A stretch of DNA of 64,000 bases from Octopus vulgaris (Eukaryota): contig OX597828.1 in assembly GCA_951406725.2 (NCBI GenBank), forward strand, positions 63,798,001 through 63,862,000. The letters run 5' to 3'. Under the pieces are notes generated by a model that was given only the letters and a program-made list of their open reading frames with translations, searched no databases and was not told the DNA's origin. Position numbers and translations under genes: made by a program. Below, piece by piece: positions 40,716 to 54,125 of this stretch. Numbering within the stretch: position 1 is the stretch's first letter; the number at the start of each line of letters is the position of its first letter.

Positions 40716-41679
40716 CTGTGGGGCTTATTCTTTTGGTCTCTTTGCCGAACCACGAAGTTACGGAGATGTAAAGACACCAACACTGACTGTTAAGCGGTGG
40801 CGGTGGACAGACAGACAGACAGACACACGCACACACACACACACACATATGTATTTACCACGGGATTCTCGTAGTTTCCGTCAACAAATCCACTCACAAA
40901 GGTTGTTTTTTCACGATTACCCCAGTCCACGTAGCTGCAATTCGGTACCACACACGGCGTGTATTGCTTCACTTAATCCCTATACGGATGCTATACTATG
41001 TCCATGATGAATTTCAAATAAACTTCCTATGGATCAAGTCGCATGGACGTAGCATGACTATGATAATCCTCTTCCTCATTGCCATCATCGGTATTTGGTC
41101 ATAGCTTAATAATTGTCCCCATCCGACTCATGACGCCCCGTGTCAACCTGTTTCACATAATCAAACGATACTGAGACCCACTGAACTACACTTACCGTTC
41201 ATCTTTCTCTTGAATGCAACAACAAGATTTATGACATACATGGCACTTTGGTTTTCAATCTCGAAGAGGGTATGGTGTGGTTTGACGAAGATTTCTTTGC
41301 TAATTCAAGAACCTCCATCAACTACTTAGAACAGGGTTAAACACAGTTGCGCAACACCTAACCCGTACGCGTTAATTTTGTCCTTACTGCTTCTTGTTCA
41401 CTTACAATGAAATACTTCGGAATTCAGAGTTCTCCTCCTCCTCTTGTCATTCATTCTCTGTCTTCGGCTCATATTCAGGTACATGATAACATAATAACAA
41501 CAACAGTGACAACAAAAACGTGTGACCCTCACAAAAGCACAAAAACGGGTCTAATGTGGATTTCCAATTCCCGCCTTTTTTTAGAGTATTTAGGGCTTAT
41601 ATTTGGGAGGCTAGAGATGTAAAGTTGTTATTTTAAAAAAGTGACCCCAAATTATTAAGCTGTTGCGGCTGAGTCTTTT

Positions 41680-42065
41680 TGTTTCAGCCATTAGACTGCG
41701 GTCATGCTGGAGCACCACTTTGAAAAATTTTAATAGAACGATTCAACTTTAGAACTCATTTTTAAAAAAGTCTGCTACTTATTCTGTTGGTCACTTTGGC
41801 CAAACCGCTATGTTACGGGGACGTAAACACACCTACAACGGTTGTCAAGTGGCAACGGGGGACAAACACAGATACAAAGGCACACACACAAACACAAATA
41901 TTACGTACGATAGGTTTCTTTCAGTTTCCGCCTACCAAATCCATTCACAAGGTTTCGGTCTGCCTGAGGCTATAGTAGAAGACACTTGCCCAAGATGTTA
42001 TGCAGTGGGGTTGAACCCGGAACCATGTAGTTCGGTAGCAAACTTCTTACTATAAAGCCACGCCT
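41680..42065 (-). mobile_element. CORE-type SINE, near full length
   Basis: Reverse complement of the 47163-47541 family, including GGTTCCGGGTTCAACCCCACTGCATAACATCTTGGGCAAGTGTC. Other copies near 16260, 17900, 20720, 40720, 43600 and 44740. Confidence 0.8.
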
Positions 42066-42095
42066 ACACCTCTCTCTTTCTCTTTGTATATGCAC

Positions 42096-42193
<98 letters not shown>

Positions 42194-44380
42194 ATATAAA
42201 TGTGCATTTGTTTGTGTATATATATATGTTTGTATGTGTGTGTGTGTGTGTGTATAATGTATGTGTATGAATGATTGTGTGTATGTATAATGTGTGTGCG
42301 TGCGTTATTCTGTGATTTAAGTTGTTTTTTTCTTTTTGCAAGCTTGAAGAAGCCGGTTACAAACAAAGTGACAAGGCTGCTTTGTTGAAGCCAAGACAGC
42401 TTTTGGGTTTTGTGGAGATGGTAATTGGTTAGGTCGGGTGTACAGGCGGGTGAATGTGCGTTATTATATCTTTGTATGTACGTACGTATATGTGTAAGTG
42501 CGCATATGCGTGTGTGTTGGTTCATGTGTGTGCGCGTGTCATTTTAGCCTGCTTCCTTATTGTATGTGTATGTATATGTGTGTGTGTGCATGTGTATTTG
42601 TGTTTCATATATGCATGCAATTGTGTGTATATATGTTTCCATGTTTCTATATATGTATGTATGTGTGTATATGCATGTATGTGTTAGTGGCGTTACCCGA
42701 GATCTGCAAGACATACAAGGCACACAACACATGTATATTTTATATAAATAAATGCAAATCTTTCGTCATTTTCAGTGACAACTGGAAAGCGGGTACCTAC
42801 ATGTCATACGTACCCTGCGCTAATCTTAGAGTTTTGTTTGAATGCAACAGCTTAATTACTAAGAATCGATAGATGAGTATGTGCGTAAGAATAAAGCAAC
42901 AGCGGTTGATAAGAGAAACGAACACACACACACACATTCGACGGGCTTCTACACCATTGATATCTTTCCAAATTTGCTTAGAACGCATTGGTCAGTCCGG
43001 GTCAATCTTTTCTACTCTAGGCACAAGGCCCGAAAGTTTTTTTTTTTGGGGGGGGGGTAGTCGATTAGATCGATCCTAGTAGGCAACTGGTACTTAATTT
43101 ATCGACCCCGTAAGGATGAAAGGCAAAGTCGACCTCGGGTCAATAGTAAAAGACAATTCTCAAGGCGTCGGGCAGTGCTACTTGAACGGAAACCACGTGG
43201 TTGCCGTGAAGCCAACTGCATTACTATGCGGCCATGACTGCGCATCTGTGTGTGTGTTGTTTAGTTATAAAGATTCTTTAAGAATTAGAAATTCACTGGA
43301 ATTATTTTTATTGGTCGGTCAGCTGGCAGTCTCGTTACAGTAGTGGAAAAAAAAAACAAACTGTGTAGCGATATTTGTTCCGTCTCTACATTTTGAGTTC
43401 AAATCCTGTCGATGTCAACGTTGTCTTCAGTCTCACTGAGATTAAAATAAATGACAAGAACTGGGATCGATAATATCGGTTAAATCTCTCTCTCTTCCCA
43501 AATTCCTAGTATTGTCTCTGATTCAGAAATCATTATTAACATTCTTTACACTCAGTCTTGTGTGTGTGTGTATGTATGTATGTATGTATCTGTGTGTGCT
43601 TGTGTTTGTCTCCGCTCCCCGCACTGCTTGACGGCCGGTATTGTTTTGTTTACAGCCTTGTTACCTAGCGATGCGGCAAAAATACTCTATATTATAAGTA
43701 CCGGACTTTTAAAAAAAAAGTACTATCTATCGATCTGTTTTGACCAAACTCGTCAACGCGGTGCCCCAGTATGGCCGCAGTCCAAAGACCGAAACAAAAG
43801 ATAAAAGATACTCCCACCCCCCAACACATTTTCTTATTCCCTTCACTGGTTTCGTCCATTGGTGAGCCTCTACGTCTTGTGTGTGTATGTAAACATACGC
43901 ACACATATACATACACATGTCTGTGTATATTTATGCCTGCACTCATTTCCACACTCTGTTTATTGTTGTAAAGTCGGTATCATATGATCCCTTTTGTGAG
44001 AGATAATTGGTGTATCGGGTACAGTGGGGTATCATCAGGTTCATTGTGGAACTTGATTCTGTTAAGCAGCAGCCTTTAAAATCCCAAACCGTGAACAACC
44101 AAATATTTTCACCTTTGTGTGACTCCTCCTCGCTTCCGGTCCATTGTCTGTCTGCGTGTGTTTGTCTGGCCATATTGCCTCAGCACACTTCTCTCCCCCC
44201 TCTCTCTTTCTGGTTCACTCTTTCTTCTCTCTCTCTCTCTCTCCATCTATTTATTAACCCGTACATGTATCTATGGATATGTATGTGTGATTGTGTGTGT
44301 GCATGTGTATATATGTTTGTATATACGTGTAAGAATGATTTCCTGACTTCCTGCCTGCGTATCTATCTCTCCATCCATCC

Positions 44381-44460
<80 letters not shown>

Positions 44461-45681
44461 CTCTAACTCTCTCTCTTTCTCTCTCTCTCTCTCTTCCTCA
44501 GTCTCAGTATCGCTGTGCCTGTCTTTCGGTTTATCTCACTTCTTATCTACTCGGCAATGTCTTCTCGTTTACCTGTTCACCTCTGTGTTATCTTGTATCA
44601 CTGGTGGTCTTTTCGTTAAACCTTCTCCATAACTAGAAAATATTCCATATTCTGCACCCGGATGCCTTTGCAAACTGCGATGTCTGACCTCAGCGATGTA
44701 CTCGTGACCAATGCTAACTTCAACAGCTCGTCTCGGAGCACCGATAGCTGTCTGGTTAAGAACCTCGCTTTGCAACCACATCGTTTCAGACAGATTCATT
44801 TCTGGGCGAATATCTTCTATTTTAGCCCCAGACCGACCAATGCCTCGTGAGTGAATTTGGTAGACGGAAACTGTGTGGTAGCCCTTTCTATGTATTTGTG
44901 TGCGTGCGCGAACCTTTCTTTTTGTCACCCGTCACTATTTGACAACCAGTATTCGTTTGTTTACGTCCCATTAACTTAGCAGTTCCGCAAAAGTGGCCGA
45001 TTGAATAAGTACTAGACCTTTTAAATATTATTACCGGGGTCGCTTTGTTCTTCAAGGCAGTGCCCCAGCATGGCCGCTGTCCAATGACTGAAACAAATAT
45101 AAGATCCATCAGCCTGCTGTATGAACTCTGGTTCCATCTCGATTCCGCCCATCGAACTGGCAGAATCGTTACCGTTGGATGCAATGCCTCGCGGTGGTTG
45201 TTCTGAATCTCTGGGTTTGAGTTCAAATACCACCGAGGTAATCATTGCCTCCTTTCATTCTTTCGAAGTCGATAAAAAAAATGCAAAAAAAAAAAGTGTC
45301 AACCCAAAATGGATTGGCAGAACTACTACAGGGTCTGCTAGGTGTCTTGCTACAGGTTTTGCTTTCTGACAGCAGCCCCGGCTTCGACACAAGGGTCAAC
45401 ATCTATCGGTCCACGTTGGCAGCGGCCTTTTCTTTGGCTGAAGATCAATTGTGTGGAGAGGGGAAATTTGCAGTAATTTCGAAGTTCAGGCATAGTCCGT
45501 TCACAGTAAGTCGCAACATTATCATTTTGAGTGTGTGTGTGTGTGTCTTTATTTGTTGATTGTCGGAAGAAGCAATACTCGTGATCATAATACAGGTTAA
45601 TGATATTTATTGTCACCGAATCAGTGACCTCCTCCTCCGGATTTTTACTTTTGGGTGCACAGGGTCATCGGGTAAGTTAGG

Positions 45682-45762
<81 letters not shown>

Positions 45763-46134
45763 TTGTCTGTCTGTCTATGCGTCGTATGTATGTATGCATC
45801 GAGGTACAGCAAAAGTTTAAACATTCCAAAAAAAAAGCAGCCATAAAACAGTTTATTTCGTTTTATCCGTCTTGATGGAATTTCTTGCATTTTGTGGGTG
45901 GTGGGGTGGTGGACAGGCTTTTGATTCATTCTTCTCATCTATCCGTGATTCCCTTAAAACCATTATTCAAAGTGATGCTTTTGTTCTGTAAGCATTGTCC
46001 CATATGTACACGCATATATAGCTTTATGCATACAAGAATATGTATGTGTGTGTATATATATATATATATATGCATGTGTGTGTGTGTGTGTATAGCATAC
46101 ATACACGACCACACCACATGCTCCCAACACTGAC

Positions 46135-46217
<83 letters not shown>

Positions 46218-46218
46218 C

Positions 46219-46303
<85 letters not shown>

Positions 46304-46334
46304 CTTACCTATCTACCTGCCTGTCTATCCATCC

Positions 46335-46419
<85 letters not shown>

Positions 46420-46442
46420 CTTGTCTATCCACTCACACATAC

Positions 46443-46477
<35 letters not shown>

Positions 46478-46799
46478 AACACATTAAACAAATTATACAC
46501 TTACATTCATTAATTTCATATTTAATAAACAAATTAATTGCAATCTTTTACTAATTCATCTTCCATTGTCGTTTCATTCTCCAAATAGTTTTCACAATGT
46601 CCACATTGCACGTGACGCTCTTATTTGTTCCTTTTTATTCATGGGGCTTTGTGTATGTCTGTATGCGCGTGTGTGTATTTGAGTGTGCTTGTGTATGTAT
46701 GTTTGTGTATGATTATATGCATACATATGTATGAGTATGCACGTTCTTTTATGTGTGATTATATGTGCATATGGGGGTCTGTTTGTGTGTGTGTATCTG

Positions 46800-46864
<65 letters not shown>

Positions 46865-47120
46865 CAGTAAATCGAAATCATCCTTTCAAAGGTCGGAGTA
46901 ATTTCTTTTGTTTCACTTTTGATTAATTAAAAATATAAAAAATAAAGAACAAACAAAAATTTAAGCAAGACAAAACGTATATATATATTATGTATGTATG
47001 TATATATTATATATGCATATATATGTGTATATATATGTATGTATATATATGTGTATGTATATATGTGTGTGTATATATATATATATGTGTATGTATATAT
47101 GTATATATATATATATATAA

Positions 47121-47162
<42 letters not shown>

Positions 47163-47166
<4 letters not shown>

Positions 47167-47541
47167 GCTTGTGGTAAGTAGCTTGTTTACCAACCACATG
47201 GTTCCGGGTTCAGTCCCACTGCGTGGCACCTTGGGCAAGTAACTTCTACTATAGCCTCGGGCCGACCAAAGCCTTGTGAGTGGATTTGGTAGAGGGAAAC
47301 TGAAAGAAGCCCGTCGTATATATGTATATATATGTGTGTGTGTGTGCGTGTATGTTTGTATTTGTCCTCCTAGCATTGCTTGACAACCGATGCTGGTGTG
47401 TTTATGTTCCCGTTACTTAGCCGTTCGGCAAAAGAGACCGATAGAATAAGTACTGGGCTTACAATGAATAAGTCCGGGGTTGAGTTGCTCGATTAAAGAC
47501 GGTGCTCCAGCATGGCCGCAGTCAAATGACTGAAACAAAGA
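47163..47541 (+). mobile_element. tRNA-derived CORE-type SINE (octopus OR-like by inference)
   Basis: A-box-like TAGCTTGTGGTAAG, B-box-like GGTTCAGTCCC, core-like CACCTTGGGCAAGT, an internal (TG)n spacer and a conserved tail CCAGCATGGCCGCAGTCAAATGACTGAAAC. Confidence 0.8.
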
Positions 47542-47796
47542 GTATATATATATATATGTATATATATGTGTATCTATGTGTCTATGTGTGTGGGTGTATG
47601 TAAATGAGTATATATATATGTATGTATATATATATGTCTGTGTGTGTGTGTATATGTATATATATATGTGTATATATGTATGTATATATGGGTGTATATA
47701 TATTTATGTATGTATATATATGTATGGATATATGAATGTATGTATGTGTGTATATATATGCGTATGTATGTATATATATATATGTATATATATATA

Positions 47797-48071
47797 GCAA
47801 TAATAATTCTCTAAAAGGGATATAGACAGTAACTGCTCGATAACATAAGGGACTAAAGCCATCTGAATATGGCTAGGACAGCAGGGTGGTGGGGGTGTAC
47901 TGTGCATTTAGCCCCAGGCGAACATCGACGTCACCAGAAGGCTCGACACCGTCACGGTGCCCTTGGGCACCGTGACGGTGTCGAGCCTCTGGTGACGTCG
48001 ATAAATGCAACAGTAACACCCCACCACCCTGCCCTGTCCCTATATTCAGATGGCTTTAGTCCCTTATGTTA
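47797..48071. mobile_element. Fold-back element (arms of about 110-120 bp, 2-nt loop) related to 38607-39287
   Basis: 47841-47962 pairs with 47965-48071 around TT. Shares CAATAATAA.TCTCT, GACAGTAACTGC.CGA, GCCATCT.AATATGGCTA and TAGCCCCAGG.GAACATC with 38607-38735. Confidence 0.9.
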
Positions 48072-48104
48072 TATATATATATATGTATGTATATATATAT
48101 GTGC

Positions 48105-48148
<44 letters not shown>

Positions 48149-48151
<3 letters not shown>

Positions 48152-48690
48152 GTCACTTTCGAGTGCTACTGGTAACATGTAGCCCAGTACAACCTGTTGC
48201 TTGGTCGGGTCGTCAGCGACTAAACCTGCAACCCCACCAAGCTTGCTTGGTGAGGAGGGTGTTTACTGGACACCTTGCGGGATGAAAAACAAAACCTGTC
48301 AAAGGGCGGAGTAACTCTTGAGAGTCAACGGCCATCCAATAAATGTCTTAAGGCTGTATCATAGAAATAATCGGACTGAATACCCGATCGCGCGGTTAAA
48401 CCATTGGGAGTGAAGGACTCTTGCCTTTGTTAGGGCATCCTTCTAGGAGAAGGTAACTCTGGTAACTGGGATAACTCCGACATAAAACCTGCGGCTCAGT
48501 GGTTACCAATGATGTTGACTTGTTCTTCTTTTCGGATTATGGCTGCTGCTGTTTAGTGAGTGGGATTGACTCAGTACACAGCCTTTCCTCACTTTAAAAT
48601 ATCTTCTTGCATAGGCATTGCACGATAACAACATTGATTAAGCTTCGCGCAATGGCCATACTCGATAACGAGAGGACAGCCACCACATTA
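48149..48690 (+). mobile_element. RTE-like 5'UTR-derived element within (TA)n
   Basis: Contains GGCATCCTTCTAGGAGAAGGTAACTCTG...AAACC, resembling a recurrent RTE 5'UTR motif. A related motif lies at about 1608-1630 and a partial copy at 12780-12995. Confidence 0.55.
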
Positions 48691-48741
48691 TATATATATA
48701 TATATATATTTAAAAAAAGGAGATGTCGAACACGAGTGGTG

Positions 48742-48961
48742 ATATATAAAAAAGGAAATGAAGAAAATGCTGACAAATAATTGAAGTAATTTAAGTAATT
48801 TAATTAGGTGAAAGTTCTTTTTACCGGTTGCGCATTTGTTATGCTTATCAAAATATAAAAGAGAGATTAGAGTCTGTCTCTTATATGTGAAAAAAAGAGG
48901 CTCCAGAGTTGTTTGGGATTTGCTTGGTTTCGCGCCTAAAATTTTGATTGGTCATTATAGG

Positions 48962-48999
<38 letters not shown>

Positions 49000-50123
49000 A
49001 AATAGTGTTGTTGAAAATTCTTATTGTTCAGGCTGGTCAGAAGACGTCATGTGGATATTTTAAATAGCTTTTTAGCGCGTAGTTAGGGAGTGTATTTTCC
49101 GCTTGACTGGATAAGTAAGTTCGTTTAGAACAGGGAGAGCTGTATGTATGTATGTGTGTGCGCGCGCGCGCGCGCGTGTGTGTTTATATGTATGTTGGGG
49201 CGCGCGCGCGTATTGATACCTGTGCCGCACAACTCCATCCCAATTTTAGAATCTTTCCCCTCTACAAATTTAAAGACAATGCCACTCATACCCAGCGAAT
49301 AACCATGGAATCCCACCTTATTAATAAATACAGACCACTTCTAAACACATGCCCCTAACACGAACCCACAACAAACACACTTACACCTGCACACACCCTA
49401 CACACACCTTTACCCAGATATTAACACCATGACACACACAAATATATGGTTCCACACATACTCATAATTGAATACGGGTGCAAAACATCCAACACTATTT
49501 TTTGGAAATGGCTGTAAATATTGACTTCACACAAATACGTTGCTTCCCGATACAGGCACAAGGCCAGCAGAACTATAAATATTGAAAATTTTACCCACAC
49601 ACACACACATATATACACGCGCGCGCGCCCCAACATACATATAAACACACACGCGCGCGCGCGCGCGCACACACATACATACATACAGCTCTCCCTGTTC
49701 TAAACGAACTTACTTATCCAGTCAAGCGGAAAATACACTCCCTAACTACGCGCTAAAAAGCTATTTAAAATATCCACATGACGTCTTCTGACCAGCCTGA
49801 ACAATAAGAATTTTCAACAACACTATTTTCGAAAATTCTAAACATTCACGTGACCTCTTTATTATGGCCAATAAGAAATTTTAGGCGGGACACTAGCCAA
49901 ATTTTAACTTCTCTGGAGCCTTTTTTCTTACCCCAACACCAACTTCCATTCAAACATTCACGTGACCCCTTCATAATGACCAATCAAAATTTTATATATA
50001 TATATAAGAGACAGACTCTAATATATTTTGATAAGCATAACAAATGCGCAACCGGTAAAAAGAACTTTCACCTAATTAAATTACTTAAATTACTTCAATT
50101 ATTTGTGCATTTTCTTCATTTCC

Positions 50124-50131
<8 letters not shown>
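48742..50131 (+). mobile_element. Penelope-like element 3' end: inverted pLTR + GIY-YIG tail + pLTR
   Basis: 48742-49211 is reverse-complemented at 49617-50131. The spacer encodes IDTCAAQLHPNFRIFPLYKFKDNATHTQRITMESHLINKYRPLLNTCP* (49212-49358), the R...E...I....P.LN end of GIY-YIG domains. Confidence 0.8.
50024..50062 (+). ncRNA. Variant hammerhead motif (U3-A8, A13C), mirrored at about 48817-48855 (-)
   Basis: tatt TTGATAA gcat-aacaa-atgc GCAA ccgGTA aaaag. Palindromic stem III ACCGGT. Confidence 0.55.
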
Positions 50132-50179
<48 letters not shown>

Positions 50180-50294
50180 GTGTGTGTGTGTGTGTATAGG
50201 AAAAGTTTACGAAAAATAAAAACAAAAGACGAAGACAGGTGGTGTACAAAACATACAAATGCATCAGTATACCGCTCAGGTATATAAAGAATGT

Positions 50295-50330
50295 CTTTTA
50301 CGTTTCGAGCCTACGCTCTTCTACAGAAAG
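50295..50330 (-). ncRNA. Minimal hammerhead variant (CUGUAGA core) in repeat 50198-50362
   Basis: Reverse complement: cttt CTGTAGA A GAGC-gtag-GCTC GAAAC GTA aaag. Stems I and II are perfect, and stem III is only the ACGT palindrome. Confidence 0.7.
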
Positions 50331-50902
50331 GGACACAGAAAAAACAAGGAGAGAAAAAAAGATGTATATATATATATGTATGTATATATGTATATATATA
50401 TGTCTGTATATATGTATATATATGTCTGTATATATGTATATATATGTATGCATATATGCATGTATATGTGTATATATATATGTATGTATATATGTATATA
50501 TATATGTATATATATATGTGTGTGTGTGTGTGTATGTGTATATATATATATGTATATGTATATATATAAGTATGTATATATGTATATATATGTATGTATA
50601 TATGTATGTATATATGTATATATATATGTATATATATATGTATGTATATATGTATATATATATATGTATATATATGTATGTATATATATATATGTATGTA
50701 TATATGTATATATATATGTATGTATATATGTATATATATGTATATATGTATGTATGTATATATATATATATGTATATATGTATATATGTATGTATATATG
50801 TATATATATATGTATATATGTATGTATATATATATATATGTATGTACATATATGTATATGTATGTATATATATGTATATGTATATATGTATATATATATA
50901 TA

Positions 50903-51410
50903 TATGCCATGAAACAATCGAATCTACTTCGAAAAATCATAGGTAAATTCCAATTGAAGAAATTCTATATTGTACAATTGTATTAAAAACAAACTATGTC
51001 AGAAGCAGAGAAAATCTGACTTTTATGATAAGAGAGATACATATATATACATATATATACATACATATATAAACATAGTTTGTTTTTAATAGAATTGTAC
51101 AATATAGAAATTGGAATTTACCTATGATTTTTCGAAGTAGATTCGATTGTTTCATGGCATATAAAGTTTTTTCAATTTGACCCCTAATTAAGCAAAAATT
51201 CGAGAAAACTAAATATTTTACGATTTGCCTCTCTAATTTCAACTGCTTCACTCCTTCTATTACCACACTTTCTCCTACTTTCTCTTTGCAAGTGTACCTT
51301 CAACTACTACTCAAAAAAAATACACAGGAAACAGAAACAAATAAATACATAACGATTTACTCCGCACACAATTTCTTCAATTGGAATTTACCTATGATTT
51401 TTCGAAGTAC
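50903..51410. repeat. About 95-bp inverted repeat (50903-50999 / 51073-51163) with a partial direct repeat at 51372-51410
   Basis: GCCATGAAACAATCGAATCTACTTCGAAAAATCATAGGTAAATTCCAATT recurs inverted, and part of the inverted arm recurs again. Confidence 0.85.
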
Positions 51411-51686
51411 ATTCCATTCTATATTATATAAATTAAAATTGGTTTTTAATTTACTTTCTGTCGCTAAGTTTTTGTAGTATTAATTTGCGAGCGTACTTCA
51501 GTTGTCAATTGTTGAAAGAAAGAAATTGTAAGCTAAGAAGGTGTGTGTGTGGGTGTGTGTGTGCGTGCATGTGTGTGTGTGTGCGTGTGTGTGTGTGCGA
51601 GTGTGTGTGTGCGTAGGAAGTGAAGGATAAAATATGGCAAGAAGTGGACAGATGTACATATATACATACATACATCTATACATACA

Positions 51687-51728
<42 letters not shown>

Positions 51729-51749
51729 TGTATTAATGTGTGTGTGTTA

Positions 51750-52140
51750 TCTCTCTATATATAAAGCTGAAGTTGTCTGTGTGCGCCAGGTTTGGTAACC
51801 TTCAACTAGCACTATCTCCTCCAAGACCCTGCGGTGCAAGTTGACCAAAATTGAGAGTATGATAGAAGAAGGGCTGCTCTTCCTTCCGTAGAAAATTAAA
51901 TTCAAATCGGACCATGTTAACACCAAAAATTATTTACATCAAAAAGGTGCTTTTTTCTATGAAAATCCCTATTTTTTACGATTTTTTGACTGCTGTGTCG
52001 CCACTTTTCGGTGTATTTCAACCAGAAAAATTTTCACTTGAAGAAAATAACAAGCTACATAATGCAAAATTTTTACTTTTCAAAAATTCCAATTCCAGCG
52101 GTTCGAAACAAACCAGAGCAACGCCGGGCGATACTGCTAG
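51750..52140 (+). mobile_element. Non-autonomous Helitron
   Basis: A^TCTCTCTATATATAAAG start and ...CCAGAGCAACGCCGGGCGATACTGCTAG^T end, with no TSD. Confidence 0.8.
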
Positions 52141-52152
52141 TATATGTATATA

Positions 52153-52185
<33 letters not shown>

Positions 52186-52346
52186 ATATATATGTATATA
52201 TATATGTATATATATATATATGTATATATATATGTATATATGTATATATGTATATATATATGTATATATATATGTATATATGTATATATATATATGTATA
52301 TATATGTATATATATATATGTATATATATATATGTATATATATATG

Positions 52347-52409
<63 letters not shown>

Positions 52410-52614
52410 GTATATATATGTATATATATGTATATATATATATCTATATATATCTATATATATGTATATATATATATATATATGCATATATATGTATACA
52501 TATGTATATGTATGTATATATGTATGTATATATGTATGTATATATGTATGTATATATGTATGTATATATGTATGTATATATATATGTATATATTTATGTA
52601 TATATTTATATATA

Positions 52615-52800
52615 GTTAATCCAAACATGAAACACAAAGAGAAAACACAACAATGCGAGGACGTGGAACAAGTATAGCGTTATTGGATGCTAAGGAAAGA
52701 AAGAAGGAGGTTATAACGCTTCGAGCGGAGCTCTTCGTCAGAAACATAGGAAAAAGGAAAGATCCAAGGAAGGGAAGACGGACGGAAAAAATCGCCCGGA
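52615..52800 (-). mobile_element. Second copy of the 11831-12025 repeat, with hammerhead motif at 52710-52745
   Basis: Reverse complement: gttt CTGACGA A GAGC-tcc-GCTC GAAGC GTT ataac (GAAA mutated to GAAG). Confidence 0.7.
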
Positions 52801-53310
52801 AGGGAATGGGTGAAGAAAAAGTTCTTTCAAAGACAGAAGAGTGCAAGAGGAGGTATGTGTGTGCAAGTATGGATATGTGCGTGCGCGCTGGTGTATGTGT
52901 GTAATGATAGCACGTGTGTGTGTGTGTGTATGCATGTTTGTGTGTGTTCGTGTGTGTATGCGTAGAGGTTGTATGTGTGGGGAATAACTGATTTACTTTG
53001 TGTATGTGTGCATTTGTGCTTGTATGTGCGTATGTGTGGGTTCATTTGTGTGTGTGTGTGTGTATGTGCGTGTATGTATGTATGTGTGTGCGTGTATGCG
53101 TTTGTGGGTGTATATACGTGTATCCATGGGGTTGTGAGTGTTAGGTGTGTGTATTCGTGTGTGTATGTGTGCGCATGTTTGTGTGTGCGTGTGTGTGTGT
53201 CTGTGTCTATATGTGTATACGTATGTGTATGTGTATATATACATGTATGTATATGTGTATGTATATATGTATGTATGTATATGTGTGTGTTTATGTATTA
53301 TGTATGTATG

Positions 53311-53349
<39 letters not shown>

Positions 53350-53876
53350 ACCTACACACACATAGATAATTTGGGTTGACAAATAAATTTATGGAAGCAA
53401 GCAGGGTATGCGGTAAGGAAGGGTCGGAGGACTGTAGGTGGAGAGAAAAAAGTACAACGAAATAAAACAAAAAGCGAACCATCATCACTATAAGCACCTC
53501 TACGACCACCATCCCCACCACTACCATCACGTCGACGGCTACGACCACCACCGTCGCTGCTACCCCCATACCATCAACAGCAACAACAATATCAACAGCA
53601 AATTTAAGACAGGGGACGGGAAATGCATAAAAGGATACAGTTTTTTTTTTAGAATTGTTTATAAACAATGGTGCTAAAAATATTTCTGCGTCAAATAATC
53701 CCCAAAACAATGTGCATTGTGGTATTTGAAACCTAAACCACACGGTTTATATACAGTTGAGATTGTTGTTATATAGCCCCAGGTCAGATTCGATCAAGGA
53801 ACCCTATGCTTTGTAGGATGTTGGTTCAATAGCGAGGTTGTCACAGTTTCGCGCGGTCATGATTGAGTCTCAGCGA

Positions 53877-54125
53877 CGACTCTCACAATATTCCGACTCT
53901 CACAATATTCCGACTCTCACAATACTCCGACTCTCACAATATTCCGACTCTCACAATACTCCGACTCTCACATTATTCCGACTCTCACAATATTCCGACT
54001 CTCACATTATTCCGACTCTCACATTATTCCGACTCTCACATTATTCCGACTCTCACAATATTCCGACTCTCACATTATTCCGACTCTCACATTATTCCGA
54101 CTCTCACAATATTCCGACTCTCACA
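53877..54125. repeat. 17-bp minisatellite CGACTCTCACA(A/T)TA(T/C)TC, about 14.6 copies
   Basis: Contiguous units with no spacers. Confidence 0.95.

Noticed and set aside
48149-48350. HDV-like ribozyme expected at an RTE 5' end
   Set aside because: Could not identify the P1/P3/P1.1 nested pseudoknot by eye. It needs an RNArobo/Infernal search.
53877-54125. CRISPR-like regular repeat
   Set aside because: Contiguous 17-mers without unique spacers, no cas genes, eukaryotic context: a minisatellite.
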